Positions 29,868 through 39,133 of a stretch of 64,000 bases of DNA are shown piece by piece. Source of the stretch: a virus (lineage: Duplodnaviria > Caudoviricetes); IMG/VR virus record IMGVR_UViG_3300037453_000316, positions 6,372-70,371 of that record. The stretch is one strand, 5' to 3'. The notes beneath the pieces were generated by a model. It ran no database searches. It saw nothing but the letters and a program-made list of their open reading frames with translations, and had not been told where the DNA came from. A program made the position numbers and the translations under genes. Each line of letters starts with the position of its first letter. Position 1 is the first letter of the stretch.

Positions 29868-31934
29868 TTAGTTCTTTCTCATACGGTATTTAATCTGTTC
29901 TGACATTGCAACGAGTCTGTCCGACATACCTTCGTTAACCTTGCCATCACTCTTGTTTGCGGTAACTGCTTCATTTATCTTCTTCATCGGAACTTGTTTC
30001 TCCCTCATATCACGAGTGTTCCAGAAATAAGCTGCCGTTTCGGCGTTATTTATAATGAACATCTTTGATTCTGAAAGGATTTCCTGCTTTCTTTCATCTG
30101 AAAGGTTAGCCCATTTTTCTTTGAGTCTTGCCGGTATGAAGTTTACAAGTTTGAACTCGTTTGAATTTTGAAGAGCCCTTCTCGATTCTTCAATCTGTTC
30201 AGCTTCCTTCTGCTTCAATTCAGCATACTGTGTCTTTACGGTTGAAATGAGATTTCCAAGTTTTTCAGTAAGTTCGGTCTGGTATTTCTTAGCGTCAAAT
30301 TGAGATTTCTTAACAGCGGTTTCTCTCTTATTTACCGTATTAACTTTATTAAATGAATTGTTGCTTTCGTTTATCTTTTCAGCACCTTCCATATTGTTGA
30401 TACTTTCAACTATATAGTTGTTGTGTGAAACGATGTTGTTCATACCTTCAGAAATATAGTTGCTGTATGACTTCAACTGTTCAAATTTCTCATTCAATGA
30501 ATTTGTTTCATCAATCATCTTGTTGCAGTTCTCTGCGATGTAGTCTTGATGTTCAATTGCCTGGTTCAATTTTTCAACGAGATAATTCGAATGTGCTATA
30601 TTCTTGTTCTGCTCTTCTGCAAGCATATTCGAGTAGTCTATCGACTTGTCGAGCATTTCAGAGATGTAGTTCTGATAACCGATTGTGTCATTCAAGTTTT
30701 CAACTATGTAGTCTTGATGTTCAATCATCTTGTTGCAGTTCTCAACTATATAGTCTTGATGGTTAATCATCTTGTTGCAGTTCTCTGCGATGTAGTCCTG
30801 ATGTTCAATCATCTTGTTGCAGTTCTCTGCAATGTAGTCCTGGTGAGAAATTGCATTGTCGAGTTGTTCTGCAAGATAAACAGTGTATTTTTTAAGGTTG
30901 TTGTATCTTTCTTCAACCTCGCCCATCTTTGCATCAACACTATTTGCCACCAAGTTTGAAATAAGTTTGTTATCTGTCTTTCCATCCTCGAAGGCTTCAG
31001 TTGGTTTCAAACCTTCCTTTTCCTTCTTGAATGAATCCAATTCCGTCTTATAATTGGTGATAGCGGATTGCAAATCGGCTATAATTTCCGAAAGATTTTC
31101 TGTATATCTCTGGAAATCTTCAAAAGAAATGTAATTTGCATTATCCATATTATTTGTATTGTTTGTATCGTCTATTGTACCGTTAGAAGCCCTGTTGTTT
31201 GTGTTCTTGTACTGCTGGGTTGCTCCAAACCTATCAGTCTTGTATCCTTCTGAACCCGGTTCAGGAAGAAGTTCAGTATTTGTCTCATAGATTTCAAAGT
31301 TATCCGAACTTGAAATGAGTTTCATACCTTCGTTGACTTTGTTGTAACTTTCATTCAATTCACTGAGGGCTTTTCTTGAAGTTTCTGAAATCAATGATGA
31401 ACCATATCCTTCGTTTACTCTTGATAGAACAGCGTTGGCGAAACCTGGGTCAGCAACCAAATCGTATGTGAAGAGTTGTTGAAGTCTTACTCGTCCTGTT
31501 GATTCGTCAACGGTTCCAGCGGCTCTTGAACTGATATGTAAAGGAATACCGTCCTTTACAAGCGCTTGTGCCTCCTTACCCTTCGTAGTATTCAGAAGAC
31601 GAATCTTTCCAACGATGGCGTTTTTTTGCGGGTCGTATTCAAGACTCTCTATCACATGTGAAGCGTTTGTCAATGAAATCTCATATCCGTGAGGATGGTC
31701 CAGTTCACCGAGAAGGGCGTGATTCTTTATCGTTTCCTTCAATGCTTCTATATGTGGAAGAAAGTCTGCACTTTCATAAATTCTACCATTACGGTTTTTC
31801 TGGTTGAAAGTTGTAAAAATACCGGTAAGAACTATTGAATTTTCGGGTGTTCCGAGATTGTTGACAACAGTCTCGTTGGTATATTTTATATCGGAACCCG
31901 AGCGTTCTACCACTAATACTCTTTTGTCCTTCAT
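29868..31934 (-). CDS. gp21: Prohead protease fused to scaffold/core protein
   Basis: KNRNGRIY, ALLGELDHP, ISSRAAG, YDLVADPG, then a long coiled coil with many [LIV]NE sites. Confidence 0.9.
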   Translation of the reverse strand: MKDKRVLVVERSGSDIKYTNETVVNNLGTPENSIVLTGIFTTFNQKNRNGRIYESADFLPHIEALKETIKNHALLGELDHPHGYEISLTNASHVIESLEYDPQKNAIVGKIRLLNTTKGKEAQALVKDGIPLHISSRAAGTVDESTGRVRLQQLFTYDLVADPGFANAVLSRVNEGYGSSLISETSRKALSELNESYNKVNEGMKLISSSDNFEIYETNTELLPEPGSEGYKTDRFGATQQYKNTNNRASNGTIDDTNNTNNMDNANYISFEDFQRYTENLSEIIADLQSAITNYKTELDSFKKEKEGLKPTEAFEDGKTDNKLISNLVANSVDAKMGEVEERYNNLKKYTVYLAEQLDNAISHQDYIAENCNKMIEHQDYIAENCNKMINHQDYIVENCNKMIEHQDYIVENLNDTIGYQNYISEMLDKSIDYSNMLAEEQNKNIAHSNYLVEKLNQAIEHQDYIAENCNKMIDETNSLNEKFEQLKSYSNYISEGMNNIVSHNNYIVESINNMEGAEKINESNNSFNKVNTVNKRETAVKKSQFDAKKYQTELTEKLGNLISTVKTQYAELKQKEAEQIEESRRALQNSNEFKLVNFIPARLKEKWANLSDERKQEILSESKMFIINNAETAAYFWNTRDMREKQVPMKKINEAVTANKSDGKVNEGMSDRLVAMSEQIKYRMRKN
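30511..30846 (-). repeat. 42-nt (14-aa HQDYIAENCNKMIE) repeat in the scaffold
   Basis: Near-identical copies at 30511, 30721, 30763 and 30805, all in 42-nt register. Confidence 0.85.
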
Positions 31935-31988
31935 TTTAAAAAAATTGTTTTTTATCTATCTTTATTTATGCAAATGTATTTTCAATCA

Positions 31989-33695
31989 TTATAGACCTCC
32001 GAAACCTCCGCCGCCTTCATCTTCGTCTTCGTCTTCTTTCTTTTTCTTCTTTTTTGATGGCTTGAAGTTTTCCTTTGGTTCACCTTCTATTATCTTTGCG
32101 ATATCCTCTTCCTTATATCCTTCTTCACGAAGTTCCTTCTCCTCCTTGAACCTCTTGTTTTCCTTGAGTTCCTCATCGGTAAGTCCGAACCATTTACGAA
32201 CCGCCCACTCGAAATCGAAGTAAGGTATCTGGTTACCTTCCTTGTCGGTTTCCACCATAGAACTCATAAGAGAACTTATGAAGTCAGACTGTTTCTGCAA
32301 GAACTCCATCTCCTTGTTCTTTTCAAACAATGAATCCGAATACCAATCCAGACCCATATTTACACGGAAATTTATATCCGTAGTAATTTCCGGATGTTTC
32401 AGACACATCTGAATATATAACGGCTTTATAAGGATTTCGGAGAAAATTGCACGAAGTCTCTTTACGAACTTCGAGAACCTTATCTCTTCACGGTTTATAC
32501 CTTCGGCGGAAAGTGTGAATGTTCCCTCACCCTGTTCTTTTTCGAAACGGGTGAAAGGTATCTTTGACGCCTGTCTTAACTTGTCACGGAAATACCTCAA
32601 AGTTTCGGTATCCGATATTTCAGGACCGTCACCTCCGATATTCTGTATCTGCGGGGTCTCACCACCTTCGGATGCCATAAAGATGTCCTTGTAGAACTGC
32701 AACATAGGACGACCGTTGGTTCTTATCTCACCGGAATCCCAGTCGAAGTCCACAAGTTCTTTGTAGTTCGACATCGCCTGTGCAAGTGTCTGACGACCTC
32801 TCGGTGACTGTACCGAACCGACCGGTATTATATATTGTGTCTTGTAGCTTGCGTTTGTAACCGCCCATATTATACGGGTGGCCTCCATAGTCCTCAATAT
32901 GTTGAATGAACGGATAAGTCTTTCCACATAGGATATTCTTGAAACGGCATCCGCCTTTGCATAGGCGAGGTATATAATCTGTGAGTCGTAAAGTATTCTG
33001 TCCTGTGTAACCGTTCCGTTTGGAGAGAACTGCTGGTTGACGAACCATATCTTTTCATTGGTGTTCGGGTCTATGCCCGGTGTGAGCATTGCTGGGTCAA
33101 GTTCAACGAAACCTATGATTTCGGTCTGTTCTTTGTTGTAAACTATTTCAAATGCAAGGAAACCGTCTATCAACCATTTACGGAAATAATCTGTGGCTTG
33201 AACAGTATCATAGAATCCGAAATAGTTATAGAGCTTATTATACTCTTCGTTCATTTCGTCGATTATACTCTGTTCAACCTTGTAGTTTAGTTTTGAAGAT
33301 GCAAATTTGTTCGCCCCGTCAAAGCATACACACTCCTCACATATTATATCAAGTATCTCCTCGATTTCATCCTGTAGTGCATATCGTCTCAACTGCTCCT
33401 TTTTCTTGGCGTAGTTTTCTTCCGATAGGTTGAAATACCCCTTTGATAACGAAGGGTCGGTCGATGACATTCTTGCAAACAATACTTGAACCGCTTCATC
33501 GTTTAACGAACCTACTTGTGAAGAAGTGGGGTTCGATGTCATAACTTGCCTTTGCAAATCCAAATCCTGAGAACGGACATTCTTTATAATGTCATCCTTA
33601 TAGTTCATACCGAAAGATGAGAGTTTCCTCAACATCCTTCTTACCGGATTCGGATTTATGGTATTGTTTCTATTATTTCCAGTAAAACCTGACAT
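31989..33695 (-). CDS. gp20: Portal protein
   Basis: RRYALQDEIEEILDII, WLIDG, SYVERL, IIWAV, REEIRFSKFVKRLR. Confidence 0.92.
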   Translation of the reverse strand: MSGFTGNNRNNTINPNPVRRMLRKLSSFGMNYKDDIIKNVRSQDLDLQRQVMTSNPTSSQVGSLNDEAVQVLFARMSSTDPSLSKGYFNLSEENYAKKKEQLRRYALQDEIEEILDIICEECVCFDGANKFASSKLNYKVEQSIIDEMNEEYNKLYNYFGFYDTVQATDYFRKWLIDGFLAFEIVYNKEQTEIIGFVELDPAMLTPGIDPNTNEKIWFVNQQFSPNGTVTQDRILYDSQIIYLAYAKADAVSRISYVERLIRSFNILRTMEATRIIWAVTNASYKTQYIIPVGSVQSPRGRQTLAQAMSNYKELVDFDWDSGEIRTNGRPMLQFYKDIFMASEGGETPQIQNIGGDGPEISDTETLRYFRDKLRQASKIPFTRFEKEQGEGTFTLSAEGINREEIRFSKFVKRLRAIFSEILIKPLYIQMCLKHPEITTDINFRVNMGLDWYSDSLFEKNKEMEFLQKQSDFISSLMSSMVETDKEGNQIPYFDFEWAVRKWFGLTDEELKENKRFKEEKELREEGYKEEDIAKIIEGEPKENFKPSKKKKKKEDEDEDEGGGGFGGL

Positions 33696-33741
33696 AAAGT
33701 ATGTAATTTAAAAACTAATAAGATATTTATGATTAAAATTA

Positions 33742-34020
33742 TTATTCATCCACATATTTTGAATCACTTGGGTCCACTCCGGTTTCAAACTGACCGGTTA
33801 TCTCGGGACTTGACTGTTTGACCATCCTGTCCGGTTTCAGAAGTTCGGAAATAAATTTAAACTCACCCTTTGATATTTCATATTTTCTTTTCATATGGTT
33901 TCCTTCTTCAAACTCCTTCGCTTCCTTTTCATCTTTCAGAAAATCTAGTTCGTGTCCCCTTCTGACATAATCTCTCTTATCATACTCGTAGTTTTCAAGT
34001 TCTTTCTTGTAGTCTTTCAT
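33742..34020 (-). CDS. Small late protein
   Basis: 92 aa; late promoter at 34061. Confidence 0.65.
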   Translation of the reverse strand: MKDYKKELENYEYDKRDYVRRGHELDFLKDEKEAKEFEEGNHMKRKYEISKGEFKFISELLKPDRMVKQSSPEITGQFETGVDPSDSKYVDE

Positions 34021-34116
34021 ATTGTTGTTTTTTTATTTTTATCTTGAGTTACTCATTATATATTTATGATTTTTGTTATATTTAATAAGATGGAAATATA
34101 ATATAAACTTATAAAA

Positions 34117-34470
34117 ATGAATATAAACGAAAGATTTAATGTTTTAGTACAAGGTGTTATGCTTGCACAGAAGAACGGAGTGCTCTCATTGGATGAAGCA
34201 GTTGAAGCAAAATCATACATCGATGGTTTCCAAGAGGGAAAAAATATCAAAGACTCTCTCGACTATTTTATTAAGATTTGTGGACTTGCACAGAGAAAAG
34301 GTGTATTTTCGATACAAGATTCACATTTTCTCTACCTTGCAATAGATGGAATAGAAAAGGAAATTGACAATTTTCTCAAAGAAAGAGAAAAGACCACCGA
34401 GACACCACTGGTCGATAACGGAGATGGTAAAAACACCGATGACAAACAGAACAAGAAGAAGGGAAAATAA
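34117..34470 (+). CDS. Hypothetical protein with internal tandem helical repeat
   Basis: VQGVMLAQKNGVLSLDEA / IKICGLAQRKGVFSIQDS; early-type motif at 34072. Confidence 0.7.
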   Translation: MNINERFNVLVQGVMLAQKNGVLSLDEAVEAKSYIDGFQEGKNIKDSLDYFIKICGLAQRKGVFSIQDSHFLYLAIDGIEKEIDNFLKEREKTTETPLVDNGDGKNTDDKQNKKKGK

Positions 34471-34489
34471 TAAACCCTCACAGAAACAA

Positions 34490-34575
34490 AAAAGGAGGTC
34501 TTTTCGACCTCCTTTTTTGTTTTATGGTAATTCTATCACAAAAAGAAAAAGAGGTCAAAATTGACCTCTTTTTTG
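34490..34575. terminator. Two adjacent terminator hairpins between convergent genes
   Basis: AAAAGGAGGTC-TTTTC-GACCTCCTTTT and AAAAGAGGTCAA-AA-TTGACCTCTTTT. Confidence 0.8.
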
Positions 34576-34576
34576 T

Positions 34577-35107
34577 TTAAGCGATTGTGGCTATTGCCCC
34601 GAGAATATTTCTCGTGTGTGTCATCATCTCGACATCATTATTGACGAGATTGACCTCCACTTCGTAATCCGTTGCAAGTGATGTCTGAACATCCACATCC
34701 TTCCATCTACGGAAACCCTTCTCACAAGTCACCACTATCCTCTCGTTCCAGTCTTCCGGGAATTTCGCTTTCATCCTCTCTATGTTCCTTCCGAGTTCGT
34801 AGAAACATATAGGTTGGTCGGATTCAAGTGTGTTGGCGAAATACATTGAAAAGATGTCACATTTTTCAAGCATTTCAAATTCCCATTCAATCTGTTCATT
34901 GGTGGCATTTGGGTCGTTTATGGGAAAATTGTCCCTTCTCGGATTGATGAGATATATGTCAACATCCGACTCCATCGGTGACTTCTTGAAATTCTCTATG
35001 ACCCTTTTCTGCCACAACGGACATTTCTGAATACCTCCTGCGAGAAACACTTTGATGGAGTTCGGTGTAAAATCCACTTTCTCCACCGCTGTTACAATTT
35101 TAAGCAT
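34577..35107 (-). CDS. Nucleoside 2-deoxyribosyltransferase-like protein
   Basis: KVFLAGGI..WQ..NPRRD..QIEWE...CDI...YELG. Confidence 0.8.
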   Translation of the reverse strand: MLKIVTAVEKVDFTPNSIKVFLAGGIQKCPLWQKRVIENFKKSPMESDVDIYLINPRRDNFPINDPNATNEQIEWEFEMLEKCDIFSMYFANTLESDQPICFYELGRNIERMKAKFPEDWNERIVVTCEKGFRRWKDVDVQTSLATDYEVEVNLVNNDVEMMTHTRNILGAIATIA

Positions 35108-35108
35108 A

Positions 35109-35534
35109 TTACTTGAAATTTAATATAAGTCTGTTCCCATTCTTTCTTTTCGTGAATTTTCTAATATTCTGTTCCTTGAAGATTACCGGAATGTTCTCAC
35201 ACATCTCTGTGAAATACGGTTCCTCATAAGTCTCACTAACCTGATATTCTTCGATTTTGTTTCTGTATCCGACTATCTCTATGGTCTTCTTTTCAGTATC
35301 GAAGATTATTTTCGAAAGTTTGTCCATAGGTCTGTTGATGATGGACTCCTTATCTTTGGCGTAAATCGCAAATGTACCGGTTGCCGAGATTGAAACACGA
35401 ATATCAGCGTCTATCTTATCCCACTCCTCTGGGTAAAGACCGTTTAAAACATAGGCCACATTGTTTTTAATCACATAGGAATTTTCAAGAATATCATCAA
35501 AAATGTAAAATTCCTTTTTAGCACTCTTACTCAT
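35109..35534 (-). CDS. Hypothetical protein
   Basis: 141-aa ORF in the operon. Confidence 0.65.
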   Translation of the reverse strand: MSKSAKKEFYIFDDILENSYVIKNNVAYVLNGLYPEEWDKIDADIRVSISATGTFAIYAKDKESIINRPMDKLSKIIFDTEKKTIEIVGYRNKIEEYQVSETYEEPYFTEMCENIPVIFKEQNIRKFTKRKNGNRLILNFK

Positions 35535-35545
35535 CTTTAATATTT

Positions 35546-35758
35546 TTAAACACTTTTCAATCTTGAATAATATTCTTCAAAACTTTCGGTCAACAGTAAT
35601 GCCGGAAGTCCAGCAGGCCATAACATAATTGTTATGAATGCCGGCCAGATGAATGTTCTGTCAACAAGTTTCAAACTCTTCCAAAAATATCTGTATACAA
35701 TCGGCTTGAAATATGAAGCTATCATTGCATACACAAATCCTATTAAGAAATATTCCAT
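35546..35758 (-). CDS. Small membrane protein
   Basis: Hydrophobic 70-aa ORF directly behind the -7 element at 35759-35778. Confidence 0.65.
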   Translation of the reverse strand: MEYFLIGFVYAMIASYFKPIVYRYFWKSLKLVDRTFIWPAFITIMLWPAGLPALLLTESFEEYYSRLKSV

Positions 35759-35803
35759 TTTTACAAAGATACTATTTTATTTATAAAAAAAGCAAATGTT
35801 TGA

Positions 35804-35949
35804 AATTGCTATATAATTGGTTAGGAATTGCTATATAATTTTGGGCGGGGATGGGGTCAAAGGGTTTAAGGGTTCAAAGTTTAAAGTTTAAGGTTCAAGG
35901 TTTAAAGTTGTTTCTAGGTTTGAGGATTTGAGAATTTGAGGATTTGAGG
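35804..35949 (+). repeat. Non-coding repeat block: 2x15-bp direct repeat, G-tracts, heptamer and octamer microrepeats
   Basis: AATTGCTATATAATT at 35804 and 35826; GGG-C-GGGG-AT-GGGG-TCAAA-GGG; TT(C/T)AA(A/G)G runs; TTTGAG(G/A)A x4. Confidence 0.85.
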
Positions 35950-36017
35950 CTTAAATCTAGCCTTCGGGAGTACAAATTTCGAATAACAAAGAAACAAAAT
36001 AAATAAACTCTTCTTCA

Positions 36018-36482
36018 TCATTTTATCCGTTCATAATAAACATTTTTAACAACATTTAAACACGTATTGTCCCAAAAGTTATAGAACATAATTCCATTGG
36101 GGGGATAATATGTGAATTTCTTATAGTATCCTCCGTTAGGTCCTTCAATTCTTATAATAGTATCATTTAATATAGAATACGAATAGCCTGACAATAAAGA
36201 ATGTTTTTCTATTATGCCATTGGTAGCAAACACAAGTGTGTCAGTATAATTATTATATACACATTCCGACATAGACGCATTTACAGCCCATTTACCTATC
36301 AGAAACGAAGCAGGATTTACTGCCGTATCTTGGCATTCTTCCCCTTGCTGTTTTATTAGCTTTTCTGTTCTTTGTTGTGGCTGACCCTCTGTTGGAAATA
36401 TTGGCTCCGGCTTTTCACAGCCTACAAATGCTATCATCCCCATCATCCCGATAAGTAGTGATATTAAAATTGACTTTTTCAT
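36018..36482 (-). CDS. Bacteroidota-type lipoprotein (lipocalin-like)
   Basis: Signal peptide II MKKSILISLLIGMMGMIAFVG-C; LIGKW motif. Confidence 0.75.
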   Translation of the reverse strand: MKKSILISLLIGMMGMIAFVGCEKPEPIFPTEGQPQQRTEKLIKQQGEECQDTAVNPASFLIGKWAVNASMSECVYNNYTDTLVFATNGIIEKHSLLSGYSYSILNDTIIRIEGPNGGYYKKFTYYPPNGIMFYNFWDNTCLNVVKNVYYERIK

Positions 36483-36699
36483 ATTAAAAATTTAAAAGTT
36501 ACTAAATTTATATTTTCCCTTTATAACAACTTGATTTTATATTCCTTAACAAAAACTCCGCAGCCTTCTTTATAGTCCCCCTGCGGATTGGGGACAGATA
36601 AAAATGCCTTGTTTACGATATGTAAGAATAACTGTCATAATGTTTTTTCGGCAAAGTAAATAAAAATTTTTTGTTAAAAATTATATTTTTTTTCAAAGT

Positions 36700-37884
36700 C
36701 TAATATTTATAGACGTGATTATCTACACTGTCAAGAATATCCCAAATGTATGCTTCAAGCGTTTCTTCAACACTATCAACAAGGTCAAACAAATTACTTG
36801 TCGAAACAGCACCACTCCTATTGTTGTGCCATTTTACTAAAATAATATTTTCTGCCTTGTCATAACACAACGATGTGGCTACTTCATATTCTTTACTCCG
36901 GAAGAGGGAAACGTCTCTATCCTCGATAGTACCATCTAGTTGTATTTCACCATCCTTTGTAAATCCACACCCATCTATCGTAGATATGATTTTCCACACT
37001 TCTTGTGGTTCATCTTCCAATTCCAGCAGATTGATTTCTTCATCATTTTCAAAATGAACCATCAAATAATTATAGCTATTTATTTCTATATAGTCCGCCG
37101 AAGACCCGTTTTTTGTATATTTTCCATTCAATTCTATAATACTGTCTTCCCAGTCTTCATTGATTTGTTTGGTGTATCTGAAATTTCTTGACTCCTCAAA
37201 ATAATATCCTATTGTTCCATCCGGCTGAATCGGATATATTTCAAAAGAAGGGTCTGTGGGTTTTTTCTGTTTAAGGAGTTCTGCAAAGTAACGTCCGGTA
37301 GGTATTTTACTAGTTACATCACCCACTTCAAAGAACTCGTGCCATTCTTTACTCAAAGGTCTCCTATCGTTCTCGTCCCTGCAAGTATTGTATCTTACTT
37401 TTCCTCTTTCCGTCCTTTTCATCAGACACACACCGTCCTCTGCGTTGTATATATAGTTTTTAAGAGGTTCGAGTTCCACCTTGTTATATCTATTGTTCGC
37501 CCAGTTTATTTTGTCGAGTTCATCCTGGTCAATTTCCTGTGCTATATTATTGAGATTCGGTCTCTTTATTTCCCATCTATCCCAAGGTGCCTTCTTTATA
37601 AAAGTATCGTCACCAGTCTCGAGATATTCCAATAATAACATTTTCTTTGCAAATTCTATGTTCTTCGGGTCAATATCCTTTTCGTGAAAATGTGAAGTTA
37701 TTATAAGAGTCATATCAGAACCATCCTTCTTTGTAATTATCTTGTTAAACTGATGTCCTTTGCCTCTGTCGTCTATATAAGTCCATCCGAGTTTCTTCAT
37801 ATCCCTTATGAAATCCGATGTCGGATAGTTTCTCTTCGCTTCGTTTAACGATATAAATTCGTCAAAGTTAAGTATGTTTCCCAT
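36700..37884 (-). CDS. Putative internal head polyprotein with N-terminal HicA-like domain
   Basis: MGNILNFDEFISLNEA; DFIRDMKKLGW..RGKGHQF..SHFHEKDI; internal FEES/INED; late promoter at 37908. Confidence 0.55.
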   Translation of the reverse strand: MGNILNFDEFISLNEAKRNYPTSDFIRDMKKLGWTYIDDRGKGHQFNKIITKKDGSDMTLIITSHFHEKDIDPKNIEFAKKMLLLEYLETGDDTFIKKAPWDRWEIKRPNLNNIAQEIDQDELDKINWANNRYNKVELEPLKNYIYNAEDGVCLMKRTERGKVRYNTCRDENDRRPLSKEWHEFFEVGDVTSKIPTGRYFAELLKQKKPTDPSFEIYPIQPDGTIGYYFEESRNFRYTKQINEDWEDSIIELNGKYTKNGSSADYIEINSYNYLMVHFENDEEINLLELEDEPQEVWKIISTIDGCGFTKDGEIQLDGTIEDRDVSLFRSKEYEVATSLCYDKAENIILVKWHNNRSGAVSTSNLFDLVDSVEETLEAYIWDILDSVDNHVYKY

Positions 37885-37918
37885 TTTTTTTCAAATATAT
37901 TTTTATATATTTATGACA

Positions 37919-38758
37919 TCAATTCCAATACAGACTTTCGTATACATCACTGTTGGTTCTTCCTTCGAGAGTTCTCCTGAATGAACCGGGACGACTGTCT
38001 ATATAGACCTTGTTCTCATAGCAGTCGGAAGGTATCAGATTGTCATCGTCACCCTTTCCGTCATAACTTAAAACGAACTTTATATTCCTTGAATCCAATA
38101 TTCTCAACTGGTTGAAGAAATCCTCATATCTGACCTTTCCGAAATACCTTCCGCTTCTGGTATTATCATAGGGAGGGTCGAGATAGAGGAGGTCGTCCTC
38201 CACCGCCTCATCCATTATCTCATAATAGTCACAACACCTGAATGTCACCTCGTTTTCATTGAGAAGTTCACTCCAGTTCATAATGACCGGTTTGAGTATC
38301 TTCGGCTTTATTCCGTCACGAGTAAGATGGAATGAAGCGTTGAAGTCAAGACGCTTGTTGTATCTCGGCATTCCGTTGGTACAAGTTCTCGTCAGAAAGA
38401 AAAAGAGAACGGGGTCCCTGCTTTCGTTGAACTCCTTTCTCACTTCCTCGAAATAACTTCTTTTGGACAACCTGTCCTTTATGGAATACATTTCCTTCCA
38501 CATCCTCACATATTCGTTAAACAGACCATCGGGGTCTTCCTTAATTAACTCCCACAAGTGAATAAGGTCCGGATTGGTATCCGAACACACGAAATCCCGA
38601 GCGAATTTCTCTTCGGATACCATCAGTTGATACAGGACGGAACATCCCCCACAGAACGGTTCGTAGTATGTACGGATGTATTCGGGGAAATACGAGACTA
38701 TCTGTTCACTCTGTATCCTCTTACTTCCTGCCCATTTTACGATTGCTTGGAAATCCAT
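37919..38758 (-). CDS. Dam/D12-class N6-adenine methyltransferase
   Basis: KWAGSK, YYEPFCGG, SDTN, YLDPPY. Confidence 0.9.
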   Translation of the reverse strand: MDFQAIVKWAGSKRIQSEQIVSYFPEYIRTYYEPFCGGCSVLYQLMVSEEKFARDFVCSDTNPDLIHLWELIKEDPDGLFNEYVRMWKEMYSIKDRLSKRSYFEEVRKEFNESRDPVLFFFLTRTCTNGMPRYNKRLDFNASFHLTRDGIKPKILKPVIMNWSELLNENEVTFRCCDYYEIMDEAVEDDLLYLDPPYDNTRSGRYFGKVRYEDFFNQLRILDSRNIKFVLSYDGKGDDDNLIPSDCYENKVYIDSRPGSFRRTLEGRTNSDVYESLYWN

Positions 38759-38963
38759 TCTTCAAGACACTTTTCAATATACGAGTGTTTATCTCATCCG
38801 TTATGGATTCGACTTCCCTTTCAATCAACTGGTTGCACACCCTTTCGGTTTCTTCTATTTCTTTTTCTGTCAAAGGGCGGTTTCCTATGATATGATAGAA
38901 ACCTTCTTCGCCATCAATTTCTCCGAACACATAGTGATACGGATTTGTACCTTTTACTATCAT
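38721..38963 (-). CDS. Hypothetical protein
   Basis: 80-aa ORF in the operon. Confidence 0.6.
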   Translation of the reverse strand: MIVKGTNPYHYVFGEIDGEEGFYHIIGNRPLTEKEIEETERVCNQLIEREVESITDEINTRILKSVLKNGFPSNRKMGRK

Positions 38964-39133
38964 TTCATTGATTTTAAATATTTAACATAAATGAAAATCC
39001 AGAATATTGAAAAGACGGTACTCTGGATTATATTGAACATCCATACCGATGAGTATTCGTTATAGATATTTACTATCGACCACACTAGCATCAATAAGTT
39101 AAAAACTATCAAGGAAATATTCAACACTTTCAT
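38960..39133 (-). CDS. Small two-TM membrane protein (57 aa, below the track cut-off)
   Basis: Hand translation MKVLNISLIVFNLLMLVWSIV...SIFWIFIYVKYLKSMK; start and stop overlap both neighbours. Confidence 0.7.
   Translation of the reverse strand: MKVLNISLIVFNLLMLVWSIVNIYNEYSSVWMFNIIQSTVFSIFWIFIYVKYLKSMK

Noticed and set aside
30511-30846. Possible CRISPR-like array from regularly spaced repeats
   Set aside because: The 42-nt units are contiguous in-frame coding repeats with no unique spacers.
36482-36638. Programmed frameshift fusing the leader ORF to the lipoprotein via the pseudoknot
   Set aside because: No canonical XXXYYYZ slippery site (only five U's), and the shifted frame I traced stops near 36520, before the lipoprotein start.
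37919-38758. Calling the Dam-class genes GATC-specific dam
   Set aside because: Family motifs alone do not fix specificity, and GATC appears to be missing from the sequence.
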